This document shows, one piece after another, positions 1 to 9,399 of a DNA stretch of 64,000 nucleotides. Position numbers and translations under genes: made by a program. Position 1 is the first letter of the stretch; each line of letters starts with the position of its first letter. The notes under the pieces were generated by a model. It searched no databases. It was not told the DNA's origin and saw nothing but the letters and a program-made list of their open reading frames with translations. The DNA comes from an uncultured virus (IMG/VR IMGVR_UViG_3300037517_002797) (Duplodnaviria; Heunggongvirae; Uroviricota; Caudoviricetes): IMG/VR virus record IMGVR_UViG_3300037517_002797, one strand, 5' to 3'.

Positions 1-111
1 GTGGCCCCAGGCTTGCATCGGCATTTCAATTCCAACGTACTTGTAAGACTCGATGACTAAGCTTCGAGAGTCAACGAGAACTCCGTCAATGTCTGAACAC
101 CATGTTGCCAT
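1..111 (-). CDS. HAD-superfamily phosphatase, N-terminal part (runs off the window edge)
   Basis: Manual translation MATWCSDIDGVLVDSRSLVIESYKYVGIEMPMQAWGH contains the HAD motif I DxDGVLVDS; ATG lies 2 nt after the stop of the upstream kinase gene. Confidence 0.8.
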   Translation of the reverse strand, partial: MATWCSDIDGVLVDSRSLVIESYKYVGIEMPMQAWGH

Positions 112-113
112 AC

Positions 114-875
114 TTAATTCCTTTCAATAGCTCTGTGTAGTACTTCAATTACGCGAGGCAGCGAGTCGGGTATGTTTCGTTTGACATACGGAATTGCACG
201 CATTACGTGAACAACCGCCCATGCCTCTCCAACCTCAAATAGCTCTTCATCATTTACAATGTCTGCAATGTCATTGTGGCTGTACGCAAGCATTCCATTG
301 TTGTACTTGGCGTGCTCCCATCCATAGGCGCTTTGAAGCATTTTGCCAACATCAACAGCAGGAGAGTCTGGTACGACTTCAGTTGCTCTGATTGGATCAA
401 TCAACACGTTGCCATAGCCAAGACGAAACATGACATTTTCTGCCGTAGGATCCCCGTGAGTCAATGCATGCTTGAGTCTGTACGCGCCTACAGCCGCTTT
501 TGTTGCGTCTGCAATGATAGCGTCGGCTGCAGTGCTACTGATAAGTCCAGAAAGATGACGATCAATAGTTGCTTGCATCTTTTCTTTAAGAAGATTATGT
601 GTGTTTGTCGTTGGCGGAACCACCGCGGGCTGCGACCACACATGGCGAAGAAGAGCTACGTGAACAAATGAGTTGTCAATATTCCAGTAGTCAATGTACT
701 CAAGCTTTTCCATGACATAGCCATCGTCAAGAAGACTGACAATGCTTGGAAAAACATGACTTCCATGCTGAATGATCCATTCGCCTTGCTCGCGTGTTCG
801 CTCTGGAATTCCACCTGACTTGGTAACAGTGCCATCGCCATTATCAATGACAATGGCGCCAGATAGACCCCTCAC
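114..875 (-). CDS. APH/choline-kinase-like phosphotransferase (probable sugar kinase)
   Basis: GLSGA..VTK N-lobe, HGDPTAEN catalytic loop, LIDP, DVGKMLQS. Confidence 0.75.
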   Translation of the reverse strand: MRGLSGAIVIDNGDGTVTKSGGIPERTREQGEWIIQHGSHVFPSIVSLLDDGYVMEKLEYIDYWNIDNSFVHVALLRHVWSQPAVVPPTTNTHNLLKEKMQATIDRHLSGLISSTAADAIIADATKAAVGAYRLKHALTHGDPTAENVMFRLGYGNVLIDPIRATEVVPDSPAVDVGKMLQSAYGWEHAKYNNGMLAYSHNDIADIVNDEELFEVGEAWAVVHVMRAIPYVKRNIPDSLPRVIEVLHRAIERN

Positions 876-2122
876 GAGAAAGCGCTTTCAATCAATATCT
901 CTGCACTCTTGCGTGGATCATTTCGTGTCCTAAGTACTTCGCGGTTGTGCTTTGCGATACTAAAGCGATCAGCATCTGAAATCTCAAGACATTGTTCAAA
1001 CGCTTCTTTGCACTTGCGAATAATCTCAAGGCCGTCTTCTTTAACCAATCGTGATTGCGTTGGCGATCCTTTGTACCAGTCAAGAACAAGCATTCTGAAC
1101 TGTGGATCAGATAAGTGACCTGGGACAATGCACATTGCACCAGCGTCTGCTGCCTCGAGCGACGAATACTCAACAAGTCCTCGTGCAAAATTGTGCGCAG
1201 TAAGGTTCATGTGAACACGGAACCTTGATGCAATAGCTGCTGAGTCCATGTAGTTTCCAAGATAGCGAACTAGCGCGTGTCCAGGAATTCGTGCGTCCCA
1301 CGGGTAAGGCGTGATGATGTTTCCATCAGCGCCCTTTGTTGGATCAACACGCTGAGCATAGCGTTTTGTCTGCGCTCCAAAGTGGTCACGAAGTTGCTCG
1401 TAGACAATGTATGTTGGCGATGGACCAAGCCCTACTGAACACGATCCCCAGATTTCAACAGTGACGTGCTCTGGAAGCTGTGCGCCGGCCAATGCAACAA
1501 CTGGCTGTCCCTTGTTGTATATGAAGCGCCCAGAGGTGCCAACAGTCCAGTCATTTGTTATCGGCGCGTCAATGTCAAACTTTGGAATGTATGGCATGCA
1601 GCCTTTGATCCAGTCCATTGACTTAAAAAGCTCATTGCTATCTCGAGCAGAGTCATCGCTCATCGTGACGAGTTTTGCGCCTCGTGACGGCGACTCAAGA
1701 AGCTGCGGCACGAATGGAATGTCTTTTTCTGGATAAAACGATCCATGAAGTGACGTAGTCCACTTTGTCTTTGTTCTGCGCAATGCATCAACGTATTCTG
1801 GAAGCACTGGCTGGCCAGTCTTCGCGGATTCTTTGATTGCTGTTTTGTCGTGCAATGGCACCTTAATTTCAGGAAGCACAATCATGTCATAGGTGTCAAG
1901 CGTCTCAACAAGATGCGCTGTCTTTACAACAACATCTGGCGCTTCACTCCACCATCGGCCACCTGGTTGTGGCTTTCCCCAAGATGCTCGGGTCTTTCCA
2001 CTCTTTGTAAACGAAACAACATCGCACTCATGTCCGAGTTGTTGAAAACCATATCGTAAGCGAAATGCCCAGGCTGTTGGTCCTTTTACCCCTGGCTCTG
2101 GTTCAAGAATTGCTACGCGCAT
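872..2122 (-). CDS. GT-B fold glycosyltransferase, similar in motifs to phage DNA alpha-glucosyltransferases
   Basis: N-terminal MRVAIL...LGHECDVVS, GRFIYNKG, and VEYSSLEAADAGAMCIV (recalls the EYTxLE motif of T4 AGT). Confidence 0.7.
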   Translation of the reverse strand: MRVAILEPEPGVKGPTAWAFRLRYGFQQLGHECDVVSFTKSGKTRASWGKPQPGGRWWSEAPDVVVKTAHLVETLDTYDMIVLPEIKVPLHDKTAIKESAKTGQPVLPEYVDALRRTKTKWTTSLHGSFYPEKDIPFVPQLLESPSRGAKLVTMSDDSARDSNELFKSMDWIKGCMPYIPKFDIDAPITNDWTVGTSGRFIYNKGQPVVALAGAQLPEHVTVEIWGSCSVGLGPSPTYIVYEQLRDHFGAQTKRYAQRVDPTKGADGNIITPYPWDARIPGHALVRYLGNYMDSAAIASRFRVHMNLTAHNFARGLVEYSSLEAADAGAMCIVPGHLSDPQFRMLVLDWYKGSPTQSRLVKEDGLEIIRKCKEAFEQCLEISDADRFSIAKHNREVLRTRNDPRKSAEILIESAFS

Positions 2123-2176
2123 AAATCTCTCCGTTGTGTTAGTCGTGTGTAAATGATATCACGATTCAATCATAGA

Positions 2177-2206
2177 GGGCGTGCCTATCTTGCGACAGAC
2201 ACGCCC
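2177..2206 (-). terminator. Stem-loop, probable intrinsic terminator
   Basis: Minus strand GGGCGTGTCTGTC-GCAA-GATAGGCACGCCC (13-bp stem with G-U pairs, GNRA loop) just after the stop of 2234..2815; weak U-tract. Confidence 0.6.
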
Positions 2207-2233
2207 GCCTATGAACAATATGTTCTGACTAGA

Positions 2234-2815
2234 TCAGAACGGTGCTGGCGGCGGAGTGTCCGTCGCTGGAGCAGGTGCTGCTTCCTGTGGAGCAGGAGCC
2301 GCTGCCGCTGGTGCAGGAGCAGGGGCCGGTGCCGGTGCTGGAGCAGGAGCAGGTGCTGGAGCGGGCGCTGGAGCAGCTGCAACAGTAGGTACTGCAGATG
2401 CAGCATTAGCTACAGTGTAGTACGCCTTGATTTCATTCTTCTTCTGACCTTGCCAAGTGCGTGAACCGACTTGTGCACGGAAGAACTTGCTCTTCATTGC
2501 AGCTTCAATTTGCGCGTTGGTTGGGCTTGTTGCGAAGAACTCACGGCCGAGACCAAGTGCGTTCATCTTACGGAAGAAGATTCCGAGTGCTGTTGGGTTG
2601 TCAGTTGAAACAACAAGGTTGTCCCAGACAAGACGCTTTGCGTGCGCACCAGTCTGGACCTGTGCCTTGACTTTGAACATTGTCTTTCCTGATTGCGAAA
2701 CAGCAGCTGTGGCTTCAACGATTTGAAGATCGTAGTCGCCATCCGGTAGTGGATCAAACCCACCAGCGGTATCGCCTGCTTCTTTGATTAGGTCGCCCCA
2801 ATTGAGGGTACTCAT
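2234..2815 (-). CDS. DUF669-like ssDNA-binding protein with (PA)n tail
   Basis: FDPLPDGDY, SQSGKTM, LVWDNL, NEIK motifs; low-complexity tail ending in PF; follows the AAA gene as is typical. Confidence 0.7.
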   Translation of the reverse strand: MSTLNWGDLIKEAGDTAGGFDPLPDGDYDLQIVEATAAVSQSGKTMFKVKAQVQTGAHAKRLVWDNLVVSTDNPTALGIFFRKMNALGLGREFFATSPTNAQIEAAMKSKFFRAQVGSRTWQGQKKNEIKAYYTVANAASAVPTVAAAPAPAPAPAPAPAPAPAPAPAPAAAAPAPQEAAPAPATDTPPPAPF

Positions 2816-2844
2816 AGTTATTACCTATGCTTTCTTTGTTGTTG

Positions 2845-3600
2845 TTATTTGGATGTTTCTTGCGGACGCTGTCCGAACACGATGTCGAGCATTCGCTCAA
2901 TACCGAGATTTTCTTGCTCGACAACCTTGCCGAGCCTGCCTTGAACGCGCTCGCCAGCTTCATACTGGTTTGTGCGCTCAACGTACATACGACGTGCCTT
3001 GTACGGTGCCTGAGTAGGGTCACCAGGGAACACGTCCTCAACGGTAATTGCGCCGAGGATGTCGTAGAAGTATGGTGCTTGAATTGCAAGTTGACCTTGC
3101 AGGTACGGACGGTAACGACCGTCTTTATCCTGACGAGCCATCGCAGTAAGAACTACTGCTTCAAGCGGTGCCGTTGGGTGCATTGTCAAGTCACGCAGGT
3201 CTCGCAAAAGCGCGCCCATGTGACGAAGCAACTCGCCCCACTGTTGCATCTGCATCTGGTTAGTGCCGGCGATGTTATCCATGCACTTAACCTGAAGTTC
3301 AGATACAGAGTCAATGATCAACGACTTGAACTGATGCCTACCAAGTTGCAACCATTGGTATGCCTTGAGCACTGTGTCGTACTCAGTGACGTTCACAACG
3401 CAGGTGTCCCATGTGCCATCGGCAACAGGCGGCTCCTCACGCAGTGGATCCCAATACTTAACATTGATAGGCAAGAACCGATGTCCTCCTTCAACGTCAA
3501 GCATAAGCCGTGGGTATGGTGCAGTGACCGCAAATGATGATTTACCAACCTTTGACTCGCCGTAGACCATGATGGTCAATGAGCGTTGTACTTCTCCCAT
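2845..3600 (-). CDS. AAA_24/Sak4-like ATPase (ssDNA annealing)
   Basis: Walker A YGESKVGKS, LDVEGG, Walker B LIIDS, QQWG. Confidence 0.8.
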   Translation of the reverse strand: MGEVQRSLTIMVYGESKVGKSSFAVTAPYPRLMLDVEGGHRFLPINVKYWDPLREEPPVADGTWDTCVVNVTEYDTVLKAYQWLQLGRHQFKSLIIDSVSELQVKCMDNIAGTNQMQMQQWGELLRHMGALLRDLRDLTMHPTAPLEAVVLTAMARQDKDGRYRPYLQGQLAIQAPYFYDILGAITVEDVFPGDPTQAPYKARRMYVERTNQYEAGERVQGRLGKVVEQENLGIERMLDIVFGQRPQETSK

Positions 3601-4580
3601 TATTCGTTTCCTTTCTTCTCTTCTGTCTTGTAGTAACCATACGGGTCGGCGACCGCGTACATCTCGCTTATTGCATGTTCGGCGGCGCTTCCGTCGTCAA
3701 ACAGTGGGCAAATCGCAAAGAACTGACATTTCCACTTGCAATCTCGGCTTGGCCGTGGATAAACAACTCCGTAATGATCTTGTCCTTCGTCAAGCGCGCC
3801 TCTGACGGCCAGCATATCCTTGATGGTGCCATGAATACGTGACGCAAACGCACGAAGTGCAAATTGATTATGTCTGACTTCCATTTGCTCGTAGAACGGA
3901 GGCTTTGCATTTGCAGTGCGCTTTACTTTCTTAAGCATCGTAAAGATGCCACCTTCGCTTCGCTCGCCAGCGTTCTTGCCAAGTTCTTTGTTTTGATGGT
4001 CCTCGAGAAGCATGTATGTAAGGATCTGCTCATTCATGTGAGCAAGACTTGCAAACTCTGCAAACGAGCCGCCAACAGTTTTGAAGTCGCGGAACATACG
4101 CACGCCGTCGCCTTTGCGGCGAACTCGCATGTCAAGCTTTCCTTGAAGCTCAACCTCGCCGTCAAACATCGGCATCGAGATAATTTCTTCAGTTGAAATC
4201 ATCTCAAGCTCGGCGTCAACTCCGTTCTCTTCTACCCACTGAAGGTATCCTTCGAGCATGATACGACCAAGCTCAGCTTCACTATCCAAGTCAACTGTGT
4301 CTCGGTAGCTGTCAATAAGAATTTGCTTATCTATCTTGACGAGCTCAGCGTGCGCCTCAAGAAGTGGGACACCGAGGCCGTAGTGAGCATCAAGAGCACC
4401 GTGAATTCGTGTTCCAAGCGCAAGTGCGCCAGTCATGTTCTGTGTTTTTGGTTGAAGTCGTCTGTAGTAGGTTAGCCACCACTTACGACGGCAGTCCTTA
4501 AACGTCTGAATCTCTGAGTTAGAGATCTTTATCGGCCGTGGTGTAACAACCACTGGCATTGCTGGTGCATCAAATGACAT
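3600..4580 (-). CDS. PD-(D/E)xK Cas4-like exonuclease
   Basis: ISNSEI..F..C, LGTRIHG, GKLD, DFKT, Q..Y, C-terminal CKWKCQF..IC cysteine cluster. Confidence 0.85.
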   Translation of the reverse strand: MSFDAPAMPVVVTPRPIKISNSEIQTFKDCRRKWWLTYYRRLQPKTQNMTGALALGTRIHGALDAHYGLGVPLLEAHAELVKIDKQILIDSYRDTVDLDSEAELGRIMLEGYLQWVEENGVDAELEMISTEEIISMPMFDGEVELQGKLDMRVRRKGDGVRMFRDFKTVGGSFAEFASLAHMNEQILTYMLLEDHQNKELGKNAGERSEGGIFTMLKKVKRTANAKPPFYEQMEVRHNQFALRAFASRIHGTIKDMLAVRGALDEGQDHYGVVYPRPSRDCKWKCQFFAICPLFDDGSAAEHAISEMYAVADPYGYYKTEEKKGNE

Positions 4581-4582
4581 GC

Positions 4583-6376
4583 TTAACTCGCTTTCTCATC
4601 TTTTAGGATTTTAAGAAGTTGTGTCTTGTCGCGCACAATCTGCTCAAAATTATCGGCTTTTGTATCTAGAACATCAATTACGCGCTCTTCAATTGTTCCT
4701 TCTGTGACGTAGTCCATAATGACAATTGAGTCGTGTATTTCACTACCAATACGGTGAACACGATCCATGGCTTGCTTGTGATCAACGAGTGACCACGGAC
4801 GCTGAAGCATTACAAGTCTGCGTGCCGCCGTAAGAGTAATACCGACGCCGCCTGCCTGTGCTGTAAATAGCACCCATTTGATCTTTCCAGACTGGAAATC
4901 ATCAACTGCTTGCTGGCGCTCATCTTCGTCCTGCGCGCCAGTGATAAGACCGTGCGGGATCTTCGCCTTGGTCATTTCCTCACTGAGTAGCTCAATAAGC
5001 TGGCGCGACACTGCGCATACTGCAACTGAATCATCGCCAAAGTCGCCATTTGCGATGTCGTCCATAAGCGCATCAACTTTACACGATGGACCAATAAGCT
5101 TTACTCTGCTTTCGCCTGTTATTTCATCAAAAGTCATTTCAGCGTACGAACTTGCAAATTGCAGCAAACGTGTCGTTTGCGTAAGCGGACTTGGCGCAAC
5201 TACAGCCTCACCGCCTTCAAGTTCGGCAATCATAAGCTCGCGCATTTGTTCGTACGCTTTCTTTTGCTTTGCCGACATCTCAATGTCGCGGCGCTCCTTG
5301 AGTACGGGTGGAAGCCACGGCAATACTCGTGCCTTAAGCATTCGGCGCATTCGTGGATTTATCGCCGCGTAAAACTCATCTGTCATATTAGGCTTTACAC
5401 CAATCACAATCATTCCGCCGAATGCATTCATCATCGTGTCAACCATGCGATCAATCCACCTAGTCTTGCTTGGCCACTCACTTGGTGACAGCCAGTGAAG
5501 AATTGGCCACAGATCCAAGACGTTGTTGGCTATTGGAGTTCCAGTAAGCGCAAAGCGAACATCTGCGTCGCCTGTTGCTGCCCACAACGCACGTGTTTGC
5601 TTTGACTTTGGATCTTTTGATCTGTGAATTTCGTCAGCAACCACGGCCTTAAAATCAATACCATTTAGTTCGCGCAAGTGAACTTCGCAGCGATTTTCTG
5701 TAACTTTTTCGTCGTGACCTCCGCACTCTGTGCATCGAGCAAGCGCCACTGATCCGTAAGGCGCAAGACGCGAGTGCGAGCGCAGTGACTCCCAGTTAAT
5801 GACATACACGTCGGCTTCTACTTCAAATTGCTTGCGTCGTTGGCCTGCAGATCCGCGAATAATTTGAACGCTGGCTTCTGGCCACCACCTTGCAAACTCA
5901 CGCTTCCAGTTTTTCTTAAGCGTGTTTGGGCAAACAATCAACGCTGGCAGTGAACCACCACCTGTTTCATTAAGCTGCTTAAGCGCACGAATAGCCTGTG
6001 CTGTCTTTCCTAGACCAGGCTCGTCTGCAAGTAGCGCACGTCGTGCTGTTGATAAGAAAGCAACACCGGCTCGCTGGTGAGGAAACAACGCTTCATCACC
6101 GTCGTACGTGTCAAGATCGCGTAGGTCATTTGCTGGTGTTACTCTCGTGGCAAGCTCGTTTGCTGCCCACGCGGACAACGCTGGTCCAATTGCAAGCTCG
6201 TTCTTAAATACTGAACGAAGCGCGAGACATGACGACCAACCAAGTGGAACTCTCCACGCTTGATCGCCTGCATTCCATGTCGCTCCAGGTATGCTTTTGC
6301 ATAGCTCTTTGAAACGCCACTCTGTCTCAATACGGATGTACTCACCCGTTGGGTTGAGATCAACATTTACTGGCAC
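4583..6376 (-). CDS. SNF2-family (SF2) DNA helicase
   Basis: LADEPGLGKT, DEIH, LTGTPIAN, GGVGITLTAA, QAMDRVHRIG. Confidence 0.92.
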   Translation of the reverse strand: MPVNVDLNPTGEYIRIETEWRFKELCKSIPGATWNAGDQAWRVPLGWSSCLALRSVFKNELAIGPALSAWAANELATRVTPANDLRDLDTYDGDEALFPHQRAGVAFLSTARRALLADEPGLGKTAQAIRALKQLNETGGGSLPALIVCPNTLKKNWKREFARWWPEASVQIIRGSAGQRRKQFEVEADVYVINWESLRSHSRLAPYGSVALARCTECGGHDEKVTENRCEVHLRELNGIDFKAVVADEIHRSKDPKSKQTRALWAATGDADVRFALTGTPIANNVLDLWPILHWLSPSEWPSKTRWIDRMVDTMMNAFGGMIVIGVKPNMTDEFYAAINPRMRRMLKARVLPWLPPVLKERRDIEMSAKQKKAYEQMRELMIAELEGGEAVVAPSPLTQTTRLLQFASSYAEMTFDEITGESRVKLIGPSCKVDALMDDIANGDFGDDSVAVCAVSRQLIELLSEEMTKAKIPHGLITGAQDEDERQQAVDDFQSGKIKWVLFTAQAGGVGITLTAARRLVMLQRPWSLVDHKQAMDRVHRIGSEIHDSIVIMDYVTEGTIEERVIDVLDTKADNFEQIVRDKTQLLKILKDEKAS

Positions 6377-6461
6377 TAATACTCCTCGTCATTTGGTATG
6401 TGTCACTGTATCATATACTAAGACAAAAAACGTGCAGTTTTGCAAATTTTTTTCTTAGTAT

Positions 6462-6929
6462 CTATTGAAGTAGTCTTTTTGGCGTCCAGCCATGCTTTGC
6501 AAGATACAGAAGACCATGACGAATGGCGTCTAAAGCGTGGCCTTCTCCACCTTTGTGCCAATACCCGAGCTTCTTTATCGCTTCGTTTGGAAACAACCTT
6601 TTTGCATCTACTGGTGCTTGAAACACTAACTCGCTTGCAACTCCATTGCTTTCTCGTATGAGGTGCTTTAGAACTCCAATTTGCTCAAGTGAGTACGGGG
6701 CCTGCGAGTTCTTTGCTGTTTGCGCTGTGATAGTAAAACGCTCACAAGCTACCTCAAGTGATGTCTCTCTCATCTGTGCATGGGCAATCGCTGACCTAAT
6801 GACCCAAGCAAACTCATCTGCTTGATACTCACCAGACCAGAGTAGTTCTGGTTCTCCGTTTTCGTACAAAAATAAGCATATTCCAGTTGCTTTGCCAGGA
6901 TCTACTGCAAGAATAAGTCGGCCTGTCAT
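6462..6929 (-). CDS. RuvC-like Holliday junction resolvase
   Basis: ILAVDPGKATG, VACERF, HALDA motifs. Confidence 0.75.
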   Translation of the reverse strand: MTGRLILAVDPGKATGICLFLYENGEPELLWSGEYQADEFAWVIRSAIAHAQMRETSLEVACERFTITAQTAKNSQAPYSLEQIGVLKHLIRESNGVASELVFQAPVDAKRLFPNEAIKKLGYWHKGGEGHALDAIRHGLLYLAKHGWTPKRLLQ

Positions 6930-8752
6930 CGGTATTTATCTCCCCAGCTTTCTAGTGGACCATCAACGTCAGCAGTAAGCGGCACGTTCCAGCCTTCGGT
7001 TGTTGTCATGCACTTGCGAACAAGTTGCTTGATCTCTTCAGCACTTTCTCGTGGAGCATTGAGCACTATTTCGTCATGCACTGGAACGATAAGTAGCTCA
7101 GTAAGATCCGCCTGGTCAAGCTTTACAAGATTACTCTTAAACACTTCTGCCGCGCCACCTTGGATCAGATAGTTGACCAAAGTATACACGCGGTTGTCGT
7201 CACATGGAAGCCTGCGACCAGTCCAAGTGTACACGTAGCCTTGACCTTCAGCTTTAAATCTACGCATGCCAACATCTTCAATGCTTCGTTGGAAGTGGGT
7301 CATTCCAGGAAATCTGGCATCAAACGCATCTGATACTGATTTCATCTGTACTTCATGAACTCCTGCTGTGAGCGCCTGCTTAGCGACACCTGCGCCGTAC
7401 AAACGACCATAAACCATGCTCTTGATGAGGTTACGGCGCTTATCAGACTTTTGCATTGTTGGATCTGCGTAGACCTCGCGGCCAATTTCAGTAAACGGAT
7501 CTGACCCGGTTGAGTCTGCGATGTTAAACATTGCAGTCAAGTTTGGGTCATCTGCAAGACTTGCGAACATGCGGAACTCAACTTGGTCAAGGTCTGACGT
7601 GACAATGACATGATTCTCGTCTTTGGGTATGAATGCACGGCGCACGACATCGTCGCCCTTAGGCAGTGTCTGAAGCGCTGGATTCGTGATTGACATTCGG
7701 CTCGTTCGTGCGCCGAGAGTTCGCACTGACGGGTGCACAAGTCCGTTTATGTTTCCATTTATGAAATTAGAAAAGTATGTATTGGCAAGTTTATCTGCTT
7801 TGCGCTGCTTAAGCACTGAGTCCGCGAGCTGCTTTACTTCGTCATTGCCGTCACGGATAAGCATTTTAAGCTGATCCTTTGTGCAAGACTTTTGGCCAGT
7901 AGGAGTGTATTCGGTAATCTCGGCACCGATGCTTTCAAACAGACGGACAAGTTGCTGGTTACTTGTTATTGATACTCCGTTATACGTTTTCTTTGCCCAG
8001 TCTTTTACCAAGTCGCTGTAGTCTGTAAGTTCGCTGAATTTTCGCTTTGAGTAATCAAGATCAACTCGCGCACCGTTCAACTCCATGCGCGTGACAATGC
8101 GACGTGTTGCCATCTCAAGTTCGTATGGCTTTCTATATGGACCGTCTGGTCCGCACTGCTCGTAGAACTTTTCCCAAAGCCGTGTGGTCAACACGCAGTC
8201 GAGCGCGCCGTACGACCAATATGGTTGAAAGTTTGTTGGAACAGTTCCCCATGTCCAACCGTTCTTTGCAAGTTCAGCATCGAGAGTTTCCTGCAAAGCC
8301 ACTGCACGACCGTCAACATGAAGCGCGGCTAGTCGCTTAAGCGCGCCTGCGCCAAGTGGATCAATGACGTGCGCCATAATCATCGTGTCATGTGCACGAT
8401 GCCACGGCAACTGCCACCGAGACTGAACGTCAAACCAACGTGCTTCAAACGCAATGTTGTGACAGATTATTGGGCCATCAAACTTGTCCATTGCTTCGTA
8501 GAAAACGCCTGACCATTCGCCCCATGGTATTGACCAACCCTGCATTCCGTCGCCAACTTGCACAAGACGAAGCTGTCCGTGCCACGGCGAGAACGCGTGA
8601 TCACGGGGATTACCAGGAAGTTCGCCTGTTTCTGTGTCAACTGACAGAGCGTTATGCGGTCTACGCTCGCTCAGCCAAGCCAAGAAATCAGCCGCGCGTT
8701 CAACACTGTCTACTAAATGAAGCTGCACGCCTTGCAAGTTGTCAGTTGACAT
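6926..8752 (-). CDS. polA: Family A DNA polymerase (3'-5' exonuclease + polymerase)
   Basis: ExoI VDTETG, HNIAFE, DTM; motif A DLDQVEFR, motif B KSMVYGRLYG, motif C VHDE. Confidence 0.95.
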   Translation of the reverse strand: MSTDNLQGVQLHLVDSVERAADFLAWLSERRPHNALSVDTETGELPGNPRDHAFSPWHGQLRLVQVGDGMQGWSIPWGEWSGVFYEAMDKFDGPIICHNIAFEARWFDVQSRWQLPWHRAHDTMIMAHVIDPLGAGALKRLAALHVDGRAVALQETLDAELAKNGWTWGTVPTNFQPYWSYGALDCVLTTRLWEKFYEQCGPDGPYRKPYELEMATRRIVTRMELNGARVDLDYSKRKFSELTDYSDLVKDWAKKTYNGVSITSNQQLVRLFESIGAEITEYTPTGQKSCTKDQLKMLIRDGNDEVKQLADSVLKQRKADKLANTYFSNFINGNINGLVHPSVRTLGARTSRMSITNPALQTLPKGDDVVRRAFIPKDENHVIVTSDLDQVEFRMFASLADDPNLTAMFNIADSTGSDPFTEIGREVYADPTMQKSDKRRNLIKSMVYGRLYGAGVAKQALTAGVHEVQMKSVSDAFDARFPGMTHFQRSIEDVGMRRFKAEGQGYVYTWTGRRLPCDDNRVYTLVNYLIQGGAAEVFKSNLVKLDQADLTELLIVPVHDEIVLNAPRESAEEIKQLVRKCMTTTEGWNVPLTADVDGPLESWGDKYR

Positions 8753-9233
8753 CTGGATCCTTAATAACAGTCAATTCAATCATACATTTTTCTAGATACT
8801 CAAGCACCATCGCAGGGTCGCGGTGACTGTCTTGTTTTCTCCAACGGCAGACTACTCTGGTAATTCCAGAATTAGAAATAAGTTTGGCGCACTGCGTGCA
8901 CGGTGGCGCAGTAATGTACATTGTACCGCCCTGGCTTCTTGACCGATCAACATACATAAGCGCATTAGCCTCGGCGTGAATTGCGGGGCATGCATCGTAA
9001 ATATTGTCAAGTGGAGCAGTCCCTTTGGCTCTGTCACACCAATTCATACATTCACCTGACTCTGGCCAAGTTGCCGCTGGACCGTTGTACCCGGTTGCAA
9101 CAATGTGTTGGTCGTGCGAAACAATAGCAGCGCCCATCTGAGCACGCGAGCATCGTGAACGCTTTGAAACAGTTTCAGCTACAGCAAGCCAGACTTCGTC
9201 CCAGGACGGACGAGAGTCAGTCATTGTCATCAT
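8742..9233 (-). CDS. dCMP deaminase
   Basis: RSRC..GA, TGYNG, HAEANA, PCTQC zinc motifs. Confidence 0.9.
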   Translation of the reverse strand: MMTMTDSRPSWDEVWLAVAETVSKRSRCSRAQMGAAIVSHDQHIVATGYNGPAATWPESGECMNWCDRAKGTAPLDNIYDACPAIHAEANALMYVDRSRSQGGTMYITAPPCTQCAKLISNSGITRVVCRWRKQDSHRDPAMVLEYLEKCMIELTVIKDPDVN

Positions 9234-9399
9234 TCTTTTGGTTGTTCAGTGCTTCGTTGATAGTTCCAGCCATAATTCTTGCCAACAACTCGATGGCGTC
9301 CTTGCGCGAGAAGCCAGCCTCTTTTAGGGTTGTGTACAGCTCGTGCATGCTGATAGCCGCATCTTTCATCGGCGATGAGTATTCTCTATCGTTTGACAT
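9217..9399 (-). CDS. Small hypothetical phage protein (about 60 aa)
   Basis: ORF overlapping both neighbours; MHELY..L.EAGFS..A..L pattern; start placed at MSNDR. Confidence 0.6.
   Translation of the reverse strand: MSNDREYSSPMKDAAISMHELYTTLKEAGFSRKDAIELLARIMAGTINEALNNQKNDDND

Noticed and set aside
2827..3537. 236-aa plus-strand ORF and the many other plus-strand ORFs overlapping genes
   Set aside because: Fully antisense to well-supported minus-strand genes, with no motifs or RBS
3600..4580. Cas4 as evidence of a CRISPR-Cas system
   Set aside because: It lies in the standard phage exonuclease-AAA-DUF669 recombination module
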